A DNA stretch of 35,662 nt, taken from contig CAYGGI010000003.1 in assembly GCA_964349525.1 (NCBI GenBank), positions 1 to 35,662 of the forward strand, given 5' to 3'. The stretch is from an uncultured Candidatus Saccharibacteria bacterium (lineage in GTDB: Bacteria; Patescibacteriota; Minisyncoccia; Phycocordibacterales; PALSA-1337). Positions 26,149 through 34,445 of the stretch are shown here, piece by piece; the stretch's first letter is position 1; each line of letters opens with the position of its first letter. The notes beneath the pieces are model-generated. The model was not told the origin of the DNA and made no database searches. It saw only the letters and a list, made by a program, of their open reading frames with translations. A program made the position numbers and the translations under genes.

Positions 26149-26736
26149 TTAAATGATATTTTTAAGCTCATTCAGTGGTGTCGATCCTATGAGAAATTTC
26201 AAATCATTTCCGTCGAGGTCAAAAGTTTGAATCCATTTGTTTCCTTGTTGCACGAAGGCTATGTGAAATAAGGCGGCGTCTATTCCTCCCGATGTTTGAA
26301 CGCCTACGACAATCCGATATGTCTTTCCGCCACTTTCAATATCAACCCAGTGGGTGATCCTAACACTCGGCTCTCCTGCGGTAGGCGATTTTTCATCACT
26401 TCCACTTGGAACCTGATGAACTTCTTCATATTGCTTCTGGACGTTGGCATCCATAAGCGCGAGATAAGGTTCTTTGTTCGTTTCTGGAATGTTCCAGAGC
26501 GCTTCGAAGACATCGAGGATGTCTGATTGGTCAAAGTCTGCCTGCATTCCTAAGCCTTTGAGTTTATAGGATGGCTTGGCTTCTGTGAGGGAAATCACTT
26601 TGCCACCCTTGATGTTGGTCGGTGTGTGTCCTGGAGTTGTAATGAAATTCGTCTTGCGAGGAAACGCTACCCAAATACCTATACCGATAATAAGCGCTAT
26701 GATGATAGAACCGATAATCTTTTTATTTTTTGTCAT
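26149..26736 (-). CDS. hypothetical protein with N-terminal membrane anchor
   Basis: MTKNKK + hydrophobic segment; ATG lies 1 nt after the tRNA-Gln discriminator. Confidence 0.7.
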   Translation of the reverse strand: MTKNKKIIGSIIIALIIGIGIWVAFPRKTNFITTPGHTPTNIKGGKVISLTEAKPSYKLKGLGMQADFDQSDILDVFEALWNIPETNKEPYLALMDANVQKQYEEVHQVPSGSDEKSPTAGEPSVRITHWVDIESGGKTYRIVVGVQTSGGIDAALFHIAFVQQGNKWIQTFDLDGNDLKFLIGSTPLNELKNII

Positions 26737-26737
26737 G

Positions 26738-26808
26738 CTGCCAGACTTGGAATCGAACCAAAATTCCTGCTTTCAGAGAGCAGTGTCCTACCTTTAGACG
26801 ATCTGGCA
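26738..26808 (-). tRNA. tRNA-Gln(CTG)
   Basis: TGCCAGA/TCTGGCA acceptor stem, CTGCT-ctCTGaa-AGCAG anticodon arm, GGTTCGATTCC; CCA not encoded. Confidence 0.95.
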
Positions 26809-26874
26809 ATTCTCGCACTTTGAAAATGCGTATCACTTAAAATACCTTAAAATCGGAGATTATTCAAGTTTTGA

Positions 26875-27381
26875 TTAGTCACTCCGTATCTGATGCGTAT
26901 TCCCAAAGCTATCCACATATGTACCAGATGAACCAGCTGGAACATCCGTGCCGGAGTTGAGACTTGGATCACTTCTATATGGATTACTTGACCCACTCGA
27001 CCCACCCCTATTTGTGACTCCCGGCACATAGAGTGTCGATGTTCGATCGATAGCATCCGTTGGCGCGGAGTCATTTGTTCGGAATGTATTGCGAAGAATT
27101 GCGACGAGTCCCCAGATGGAGAGAATAGCAAAGAGCGCGATGACTCCGTAGAGAATAGCCGAACCCATATTCTTTCTCATATCGTCTCCGTCCGCGATGA
27201 AGTAGCGAACTATGCTCACGATGATCCAGAGAACAGTGAGGGAAATGGAGATGCCGATAATAAGATTGCCAATGCTGACGCCCTTTGCGGCGACATCGTC
27301 AATATTCTTGATCGTCTGGGCGAAAGCGAGAAGGGGAGAAAGAACAGCGGCACCAGACACAAGAGCAATGAGTTTTTTCAT
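26875..27381 (-). CDS. VirB2/TrbC-like pilin with Gly/Ser-rich C-terminal extension; paralogue of 30695-31069
   Basis: signal peptide ending AFA-Q, two TM helices, YGVIALFAILSIWGLV. Confidence 0.78.
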   Translation of the reverse strand: MKKLIALVSGAAVLSPLLAFAQTIKNIDDVAAKGVSIGNLIIGISISLTVLWIIVSIVRYFIADGDDMRKNMGSAILYGVIALFAILSIWGLVAILRNTFRTNDSAPTDAIDRTSTLYVPGVTNRGGSSGSSNPYRSDPSLNSGTDVPAGSSGTYVDSFGNTHQIRSD

Positions 27382-27446
27382 ATATTAAAATGTGTTGATA
27401 AAGGGGGAGATACAATAAGTATAATATAAGATATAATATAAGTACA

Positions 27447-27977
27447 ATGTTTTCCGATCCTCAAAAAAATATCGCAGAGCTCGGTCTCACCGACGGCATG
27501 AAGGTCGTCGATATGGGCGCCGGGTCTGGCTTCTATACCATCGAAGCGGCAAAGAAAGTCGGCGCTCGTGGCAGAGTCTATGCCGTGGATGTTCAGCAGG
27601 ATATTTTAAGTAAATTAAAAAACTCGGCAAGCCTTGCTGGTCTCCATAATGTCGAAGTCGTCTGGGGAAATATTGAAAAAATTGGAGGAACGAAACTCCG
27701 TGAAGCCCTTGCCGATCGCATCATTATATCGAACACCCTTTTCCAGGTAGCTGTAGCCGACAGAGACAACCTTGCCCTCGAGACCAAGCGCCTCCTCAAG
27801 CCTGGAGGCAAGATGCTCGTTGTGGAATGGATGGCTGGCAGTCCATTAAGCCCGAAGACGCTTGTGCCTCGAATGCTCGCCGAAGGCATTTTCCAGAAAG
27901 TCGGTTTCACTATCGAGAAAAATTTCGACGCAGGAGATCATCATTATGGAATTATTTTTAAAAAAGGTGCGGTATAA
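27447..27977 (+). CDS. class I SAM-dependent methyltransferase
   Basis: VVDMGAGSG motif I, VYAVDV, RLLKPGG. Confidence 0.9.
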   Translation: MFSDPQKNIAELGLTDGMKVVDMGAGSGFYTIEAAKKVGARGRVYAVDVQQDILSKLKNSASLAGLHNVEVVWGNIEKIGGTKLREALADRIIISNTLFQVAVADRDNLALETKRLLKPGGKMLVVEWMAGSPLSPKTLVPRMLAEGIFQKVGFTIEKNFDAGDHHYGIIFKKGAV

Positions 27978-27985
27978 TACATCAC

Positions 27986-29287
27986 ATGAGTAAATTTCAA
28001 ATCATCGTCATTGGAATTTTCGTAGTCTGCATCATCGCCGGCGTGGCACTCTTTGCAACATATAAAGGTAAAGATTCCTCGACCGCTTTACCCGCCATCA
28101 CCGTCTGGGGAACTTTCCCTTCGGGAGTTTTCGGCACCCTACTTTCCCAGCTCAACAGCTCGCGAGCCACTGTTCTCGCGGTGAACTATGTCGAGATGCC
28201 GGCGGCGAATTTCGACAAGAACTTCATCGAAGCCCTCGCCCGCGGACAGGGTCCCGATGCCATCCTCATTCCTCAAGACATGCTTCTGCGTCATGGGGAC
28301 AAGATCATTCCCATACCCGCAACGATATTGACAGAGAGAGACTTCAGAAATACCTATGTCCAGGAAGCCGAACTCTACCTCTCTCCGGCCCGCGAAGCTC
28401 TCGCTCTGCCATTTACCCTCGACCCTCTCGTCATGTACTGGAACCGCGACATATATACGAATGCCGGTATTGCTACCTACCCGCGTTTCTGGGACGAGTT
28501 TGACGGGATCACGAGCAAGATCGACCTCAAGGATGTCAACTCGAACATTCGCCGTAGCGCCATTGCGCTCGGAGAGTTTAGCAATATTAACAATGCGCGG
28601 GAAATCCTCGGAGCGCTCCTCATGCAGAATGGCAATCCGGTAACCTTCGTCGATACTCGGGGCGAGGGCGTTGTGAGCGCGCTCGGCGACGGTCAATACT
28701 CGGGGATACAGTCCTCAACTCCCGCCGTCACATTTTTTACCCAGTTTTCTAACCCCCGTAATCCTCGTTATTCGTGGAATAGGAGTCTGCCGTCGTCGAA
28801 AAGCTGGTTCCTCTCCGGCTCACTCGCCACATATTTCGGTTTTTCATCAGAACTCTTCGATATCATGGCAAAGAATCCCAATCTCAACTTTGATGTTGCA
28901 CCTTTTCCGCAAGATAGAAAAGGGAAGAATCGTGTGACCTATGGCTCGATGTACGGTTTCTCTATCGTCCGTAGCGCGTCGAATCCAACAAACACCTTCA
29001 ACTCCCTCCAGATCCTCACAGCGCCGGATAGTCTAGCACTTCTCAACAAGATTTCTTTCCTTCCCCCTGTTCGTCGCGACATGCTCGCCACGGGCTCGAC
29101 CGATCCCTACCAGAGCATCTTTTACGACAGTGCGCTCATCTCGCGCGGTTGGCTCGACATGAGTTTCTCGAAGACCTATGGCATATTCCAGAACATGGTC
29201 GAGTCTATCTCGAGTGGCAAGGAAACGGTCTATTCTGCCATTCAGACGGCGCATGATCAGCTCGGTATTTCGTTGCAGAATCCATAA
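27986..29287 (+). CDS. membrane-anchored extracellular solute-binding protein (family 1-like)
   Basis: N-terminal TM, ITVWG, GPDA, ALP...D.LVMYWN.D, F.SG. Confidence 0.85.
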   Translation: MSKFQIIVIGIFVVCIIAGVALFATYKGKDSSTALPAITVWGTFPSGVFGTLLSQLNSSRATVLAVNYVEMPAANFDKNFIEALARGQGPDAILIPQDMLLRHGDKIIPIPATILTERDFRNTYVQEAELYLSPAREALALPFTLDPLVMYWNRDIYTNAGIATYPRFWDEFDGITSKIDLKDVNSNIRRSAIALGEFSNINNAREILGALLMQNGNPVTFVDTRGEGVVSALGDGQYSGIQSSTPAVTFFTQFSNPRNPRYSWNRSLPSSKSWFLSGSLATYFGFSSELFDIMAKNPNLNFDVAPFPQDRKGKNRVTYGSMYGFSIVRSASNPTNTFNSLQILTAPDSLALLNKISFLPPVRRDMLATGSTDPYQSIFYDSALISRGWLDMSFSKTYGIFQNMVESISSGKETVYSAIQTAHDQLGISLQNP

Positions 29288-29733
29288 TGAAAAAAATTAT
29301 TTTAAAAATTATCGTGTTGGTCATTGCGATTGTTTTTCCAGCGCTTTCTTTTGCCCAGAACGCACCGCCACCTCTTGACTACAGCGGCTTCGTCAAATGC
29401 GACGGGGTAGTCAAGAAAGACGGTTCCGAGCCACAGCGTGATGTAAAATGTGACTTCGTCGCACTCGTCGATACGGTCAACAAAGGCATCAACTGGCTGT
29501 TCATTATCTCTATCCCCATCGCCACCGTCCTCTTCGCCTACGCCGGTCTCCTCTACCTCACGGGGGCCTCGGGTAACATCTCGAAGGCTAAAACAATTTT
29601 TACTTCCGTCGGAATAGGGTTTATAATAATGATCACGGCATGGTTCGTTGTCCGCACGGCAGTCGGCTGGTTCCTCGATGACGATCCGAAGAATGATGTC
29701 GGTAAGAGCGCCACGATGTTTTTAGGGAAATGA
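29287..29733 (+). CDS. VirB2/TrbC-like pilin (with N-terminal Cys pair)
   Basis: signal peptide ending SFA-Q, C...C loop, YAG..Y....G....KAK...IGF pattern. Confidence 0.78.
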   Translation: MKKIILKIIVLVIAIVFPALSFAQNAPPPLDYSGFVKCDGVVKKDGSEPQRDVKCDFVALVDTVNKGINWLFIISIPIATVLFAYAGLLYLTGASGNISKAKTIFTSVGIGFIIMITAWFVVRTAVGWFLDDDPKNDVGKSATMFLGK

Positions 29734-29734
29734 T

Positions 29735-30160
29735 ATGAAAAAATATACTTTATTTTTAATTGCTGTGGCTTTCATACTATCGATGGTTAACATCGTGCAT
29801 GTGAATGCACAGGAAAAGCCCGGAGTCGGAGTGGTAAACTCTGGTACCGCTCCGCAGTCGATTCCTTCTCTCCAAAATCCCCTCAAGGCAAAAAATGTCA
29901 CTGATGTTCTCCTGAGCATAGTCGATCTCGCCATATTCCTCGGTGTTATACTCGCTGTTTTCATGTTCATTTTTATTGGTTTCAAGTTTATTCTCGCACA
30001 AGGCAATAGTGCGAAATTGGCAGAAGCGAGAAGTTGGTTTCTCTATGCGGCAATCGGTACGGCGGTACTCATAAGTTCGAAGGTGATCGTAGAGGTGATA
30101 AAGTCCACCTTCATCTCCGCTGGAGTGGTTGATAGCAAGTTGTTTGATAGAAAGATTTAA
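29735..30160 (+). CDS. VirB2/TrbC-like pilin
   Basis: LQNPL, GFKFILAQGN..KL.EAR...YAAIG pattern. Confidence 0.8.
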   Translation: MKKYTLFLIAVAFILSMVNIVHVNAQEKPGVGVVNSGTAPQSIPSLQNPLKAKNVTDVLLSIVDLAIFLGVILAVFMFIFIGFKFILAQGNSAKLAEARSWFLYAAIGTAVLISSKVIVEVIKSTFISAGVVDSKLFDRKI

Positions 30161-30173
30161 CATAATATAAAAC

Positions 30174-30599
30174 ATGAAAAAAAATATTTATAAAATAGGA
30201 TTGCCGATGTTTGCACTAGCCATTCCCCTACTCACCTTCGCGGCAGGGAAGACCTTGAGGGATATCATTACCATTATCACTGATTATTTGAGTATTGCGA
30301 TCGGACTCATTATTGCCTTGGCTGTCGTGACATTCGTCTTTAATGTCTACCGTTACTTTTTCACAGAGAAAGATAAAAAGGAAGCCGGAGCCTATGTGCT
30401 CTACAGTGTTATCGGCTTCTTTGTAATCTTGTCACTCTGGGGACTTGTCGCTCTTCTTACGAATACCTTCGAGCTCGATAATAATCAGCCTACCTGGCCG
30501 TTTGGGGTAGGAGGAGGAAATAACAGTGGTCAGACCACTCTACCAGGAGCTAAGGGTGGCACTGGAACAGGTCTACCAGGAACTAAGGGTCCACTATAG
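30174..30599 (+). CDS. VirB2/TrbC-like pilin with Gly-rich tail (LPGxKG twice)
   Basis: signal peptide ending TFA, two TMs, YSVIGFFVILSLWGLV. Confidence 0.78.
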   Translation: MKKNIYKIGLPMFALAIPLLTFAAGKTLRDIITIITDYLSIAIGLIIALAVVTFVFNVYRYFFTEKDKKEAGAYVLYSVIGFFVILSLWGLVALLTNTFELDNNQPTWPFGVGGGNNSGQTTLPGAKGGTGTGLPGTKGPL

Positions 30600-30694
30600 T
30601 AATGTGACTATCCCCACCTCGTATTTGTGGCAAAAGAGGATCCTTGGTATAATTTCCCCGTAGCTATCATTTACTTATTATTAAAAGATTACAT

Positions 30695-31069
30695 ATGAAA
30701 AAATTTATTGCCCTTGTTTCCAGTGCTGCCGTTTTCTCACCACTCTTGGCTTTCGCCCAGACATTAACAGATATAAATAGTGTTGCGACAAAGGCAACGA
30801 ACATAGGAAACCTTATTGTAGGTCTCGCTATTTCCCTCGCCGTTCTCTGGATAATCATCAGCATTGTTCGCTACCTCATCGCCGGAGGAGATGATATTCG
30901 CAAGAACATGGGTATGTCGATCCTCTACGGAGTCATTGCCCTCTTTGCCATTCTCTCTATCTGGGGACTCGTCGCTATCCTCCGCAACTCTTTCCGAACT
31001 GACGACAATGTTCCGATCAACGATATAAATAGGACGACCACTCTTCCTCGACCAGCACAGGTACCATAA
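30695..31069 (+). CDS. VirB2/TrbC-like pilin
   Basis: signal peptide ending AFA-Q, two TMs, YGVIALFAILSIWGLV. Confidence 0.78.
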   Translation: MKKFIALVSSAAVFSPLLAFAQTLTDINSVATKATNIGNLIVGLAISLAVLWIIISIVRYLIAGGDDIRKNMGMSILYGVIALFAILSIWGLVAILRNSFRTDDNVPINDINRTTTLPRPAQVP

Positions 31070-31074
31070 AGACT

Positions 31075-31398
31075 ATGTTTCTTGGAGCCAAAATCGCTTT
31101 AGCACAAACCCTCGGCGCTTTTCCTAAGATGGAGAGTAATCCTGCTGTTAAGGATATTGTCACAAAAATAGTTGTCAATATTGTCGCACCACTGATCCAA
31201 GGTCTCTTTGTTCTGGCTGGGCTCATCTTCATCTGGGGAGTTTTCGGGTTCATTTCAAAGGCGGCTGACTCGACTGCGCAGAAAGAAGGCAAGGATCATA
31301 TTCTCTGGGGAATTATCGGTATGTTCATTATGATTTCAGCGTATGGGATTATCAGACTTATAGGAAACACTGTCGGGGTAGGAGATCCATTTCTTTAG
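31075..31398 (+). CDS. VirB2/TrbC-like pilin
   Basis: FIWGV..FI........EGK.HILWGIIGMFIM.SAYGII pattern. Confidence 0.78.
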   Translation: MFLGAKIALAQTLGAFPKMESNPAVKDIVTKIVVNIVAPLIQGLFVLAGLIFIWGVFGFISKAADSTAQKEGKDHILWGIIGMFIMISAYGIIRLIGNTVGVGDPFL

Positions 31399-31420
31399 AC
31401 CTCTGAAAATCAGCAAAAGG

Positions 31421-31445
31421 AAAAGGCGGCCACGAGGGTCGCCTT
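31421..31445 (-). terminator. intrinsic (possibly bidirectional) terminator
   Basis: AAGGCGACC-ctcgt-GGCCGCCTT followed by a T-rich tract on the minus strand, between convergent genes. Confidence 0.65.
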
Positions 31446-31470
31446 CTTTCGTAAATCAATTCAAAACTTT

Positions 31471-31878
31471 CTACTTTCGAATTCGAATGATTTTAATTTC
31501 TCTCACCTGCTCGCGCTGTCCACGAACGAGTGAGATGTGTATGTTAGTGACTCCGTTTCCAAAGTCGCTCTCATCTAAGTCGGAATAGGTGGAAAAGGGA
31601 ATTTGACGCCTAAAATCTCGATTGATGACGATGAGGTATTCGAATCCTCCTTCGCTCACATCGAATTTGAGCATTTCCCTTCGGGGGTTTGTGACAACTC
31701 TTGTCCACTTGCCAACCTTGGCGGGGATTATCTCGACTACTTTCTCAACTACCGGTTGAACGGGTGGTCGTGAACCCAAGAGACTGATGAGACCATAGAT
31801 GCTTAGGAGAGCGATTGCTCCACCTACGCCGATTTTCCATGCCGGATAAAAGGCGCCGTCTTTTGTAGTGTCTGCCAT
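31471..31878 (-). CDS. hypothetical single-pass membrane protein
   Basis: N-terminal TM then beta-rich domain; 9 nt downstream of the SPFH-like gene. Confidence 0.68.
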   Translation of the reverse strand: MADTTKDGAFYPAWKIGVGGAIALLSIYGLISLLGSRPPVQPVVEKVVEIIPAKVGKWTRVVTNPRREMLKFDVSEGGFEYLIVINRDFRRQIPFSTYSDLDESDFGNGVTNIHISLVRGQREQVREIKIIRIRK

Positions 31879-31887
31879 AACTTTGCT

Positions 31888-32871
31888 TTAGGTTGGGGGA
31901 TTCTGGGGTGGCCTATTGCGTCGCCCTCTCCGTCCTCGTTGAAGCAACTCTTCAGCGACTTCTCCTGCAACTACGGGATTGATTCCCCCGAGTCCTTGGA
32001 GGCCCCTTATATTGGCGTTCACGACCTCGACGGGTATGCCTGCCGCAGCAGCTGCGACAGTAAACGCGTAGGTCGGATCCATTGTAGGTAGCTGTCTCAA
32101 TGTTTCCGCGGCCTCTTCTCTTACCCGTTTTAGAAGCTTCTCGAGTCGCGCGAGGTCTTCAGCCTCCTTAGTTCGTTCAATCTTGCTGATAACTATTTTC
32201 CCAACGGATCGACCAGCTTCTTTTTCTGGATCAGAGAGGTATTTGCTACTTCCAAGCAGTTTTTCGTCGAGGTCCTCATTCACTTCGGCAAGATTCGCCA
32301 TTGCCCAGTTGAGGCCTTTAGTTTTCAGATATGGGACAATTCCGGCTTCAATTTTTGCCTTGAGATAGGCTTCGGCGATGGCTTTCGGAACTCGAAGAAA
32401 ATTCGGTAGATATTTTCCTGGTGCCGGATTGTTGTTTCCCGTGTATGTCACCTTAGCTTCCTGGTTTTCGTCGTCGACAACCGTCATTGTTCCAGTCAGT
32501 GTGTCGGCGGTGATCATATCTATCGGTTCCCCGACGCGTTGCCACCATGGTGGTATGAGGTGTGGACCTGCCCCCAATCCAATCTGTCCTACAGGGGGCT
32601 CAATAACATTTGTCATACCCAACTGTGTTACTGGAAGGGGTACGGACGCCAACATATCCTGATAGATCACCCCCTTGTTTCCTCTTATGAATCTGAAACA
32701 GGTAGGGATAATCAGGAGACAATAGGCGACGCTTCCATACAGGATGCCCGCCTTGAGGGATGGGATAAATTGGACACCCCATCTGCGTCTGGCCATAATG
32801 CTCACGATGAGCACCATGATTACCCAGATCAGAAGGGCAACCAGATATTTACTGTCGAGTCGTTTCTTCAT
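31888..32871 (-). CDS. divergent SPFH/band-7-like membrane protein
   Basis: two N-terminal TMs, GPHLIPPWW, G..V.KIVI.KI followed by a coiled coil. Confidence 0.6.
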   Translation of the reverse strand: MKKRLDSKYLVALLIWVIMVLIVSIMARRRWGVQFIPSLKAGILYGSVAYCLLIIPTCFRFIRGNKGVIYQDMLASVPLPVTQLGMTNVIEPPVGQIGLGAGPHLIPPWWQRVGEPIDMITADTLTGTMTVVDDENQEAKVTYTGNNNPAPGKYLPNFLRVPKAIAEAYLKAKIEAGIVPYLKTKGLNWAMANLAEVNEDLDEKLLGSSKYLSDPEKEAGRSVGKIVISKIERTKEAEDLARLEKLLKRVREEAAETLRQLPTMDPTYAFTVAAAAAGIPVEVVNANIRGLQGLGGINPVVAGEVAEELLQRGRRGRRNRPPQNPPT

Positions 32872-33048
32872 TTTTACTCTGTGTTCGGTGTTGTGCTGCG
32901 TTTTTCAACGAAGCGGTTGTTCTGTTGTCAAAAAGCGAAGTGTGCAAAAGCTCACTGCACTACTAGTAAAATGGTAACATATTTAATGTTAAAAGTCAAG
33001 GTTTTTTGTGGCGATTGAATTATCCATAAAAAGTTAAAAAATGAGTGC

Positions 33049-33078
33049 AAAAAAGGCGAGTATTTTCATACCCGCCTT
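33049..33078 (-). terminator. intrinsic terminator of the FN3 gene
   Basis: AAGGCGGGTAT-gaaa-ATACTCGCCTT followed by TTTT on the minus strand. Confidence 0.7.
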
Positions 33079-33096
33079 CGCGTAAACTTTCTCTCG

Positions 33097-34272
33097 TCAT
33101 TGGGGACGGAGATGGAATGTGATCACAATGGGAGTGTCGATGTTTGATTCGAACCCAAAGGATGCCACCGTCGGACTATTGGTGCTGGCCGCTTGAGGTG
33201 AAGATATCTTTGAGACATCCACCCATGCGGGGTTAGCTAGGTTGGCGAGGTTGTAAGCGCACCTGAAGTCCCATGACGATGCGTAAACCTTTGTTTCTGC
33301 CAACCATTCTTTCGGAAGAACGAATGCCAGTTTTTCAGATGGCTGAAGTGTCTTTGTGACAACCCAGTCTCTCTGTTGCACCTGTTGTTCAGGTGTGAGC
33401 AGACTCTCTGTCCTGTCGGGTACGAAACCCGCAGGCCATTGGGCCACACTCGTCCCGCTTTGTGCCACCGAGGTACTCCTTGTTGTAGGAGCATCTTCGA
33501 TAACGACTGGGCGTACCACATGCACCGGTACCGCTTGAGGCGGAATGGGGGCAGGTGATGAGGAAAAGAAGATGAGGAGGACAACAAGTGCCGCCACAAC
33601 TCCTCCCAACCTATACAACAGCTGTCGACCCTTGTCTTCAACAACCGTCGTTTGGTTTGTTGGCGACTGTTGTCGTGGGTTTGTAGCGCGTGTCTTCGGT
33701 CGTGTGGGCGCTGCACTAGCCGGAGCTGCTGCTTGCGCAGGAGCTTGTGTCGGAGTCGCTGCTGGATTTTGTGCAGGTGCTGCTTGCTGTGCAGTGGCAC
33801 CTGCTCCGGTTGTCGCCGCCGCAGGTGCAACTTGAGATGCTGCTTGCACTGGTGTAGCACCCTGTGGAGCCGCACCTGCTGCCGGCTGTGTCGCTTGTCG
33901 CGTTGGTGCGGCCGGAATCTTAATGGATGGTGCGGCGGTTGGCTTCGGGGGGAGTGTGATTCGGACAGTTTCTTTCGTCGTGAATTTCACCTCAGCTCTA
34001 GGCGACTCTCCCAGGTCAGGACTACTCGCAGTGACACGGAAGTAATATTCCATCGCACTTCTGAGAGCAGTCATCTTAAAAGATGTTTCACCGATCCAAC
34101 TATCGAAGGGGTTATTTCCTCCGACCTTGTTGTGTTCGATGAGGTATCCTGTAGCTCCCTCCACCGGATCCCACTCTATTGTTGCTGAATCTGAACCACG
34201 CCATTTTACTCTTAGAACAGGAGTGGTGAGTTTGTAGGGACTGGTCGGATCGGGACTTGGATTGTTTTCCAT
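33097..34272 (-). CDS. fibronectin type III domain protein with Ala/Gln/Pro/Thr linker and central TM
   Basis: SATIEW.PV.GATGY.I...L....EYYFRVTA FN3 pattern; TM GGVVAALVVLLIFF. Confidence 0.75.
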   Translation of the reverse strand: MENNPSPDPTSPYKLTTPVLRVKWRGSDSATIEWDPVEGATGYLIEHNKVGGNNPFDSWIGETSFKMTALRSAMEYYFRVTASSPDLGESPRAEVKFTTKETVRITLPPKPTAAPSIKIPAAPTRQATQPAAGAAPQGATPVQAASQVAPAAATTGAGATAQQAAPAQNPAATPTQAPAQAAAPASAAPTRPKTRATNPRQQSPTNQTTVVEDKGRQLLYRLGGVVAALVVLLIFFSSSPAPIPPQAVPVHVVRPVVIEDAPTTRSTSVAQSGTSVAQWPAGFVPDRTESLLTPEQQVQQRDWVVTKTLQPSEKLAFVLPKEWLAETKVYASSWDFRCAYNLANLANPAWVDVSKISSPQAASTNSPTVASFGFESNIDTPIVITFHLRPQ

Positions 34273-34445
34273 TTTCTACCTTCTGCTTTCTGGGCTTTTG
34301 ACCCTGTTTGATTGTCACGTCCCTCATCTCCTTGAAAAAGGAAACTGGGAGTACTGTTTATATGGGTATAATTATACACATATTTTACATTATGTCAAGT
34401 ATATGACATAGAGAAAATAGTTCATAAATATGAGATAAATTGAAG

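Noticed and set aside
30540..30590. Near-identical 18-nt direct repeat CTACCAGG(A/G)xCTAAGGGT in a pilin tail
   Set aside because: Two-copy intragenic duplication encoding LPGxKG; too short to indicate a separate element or collagen domain
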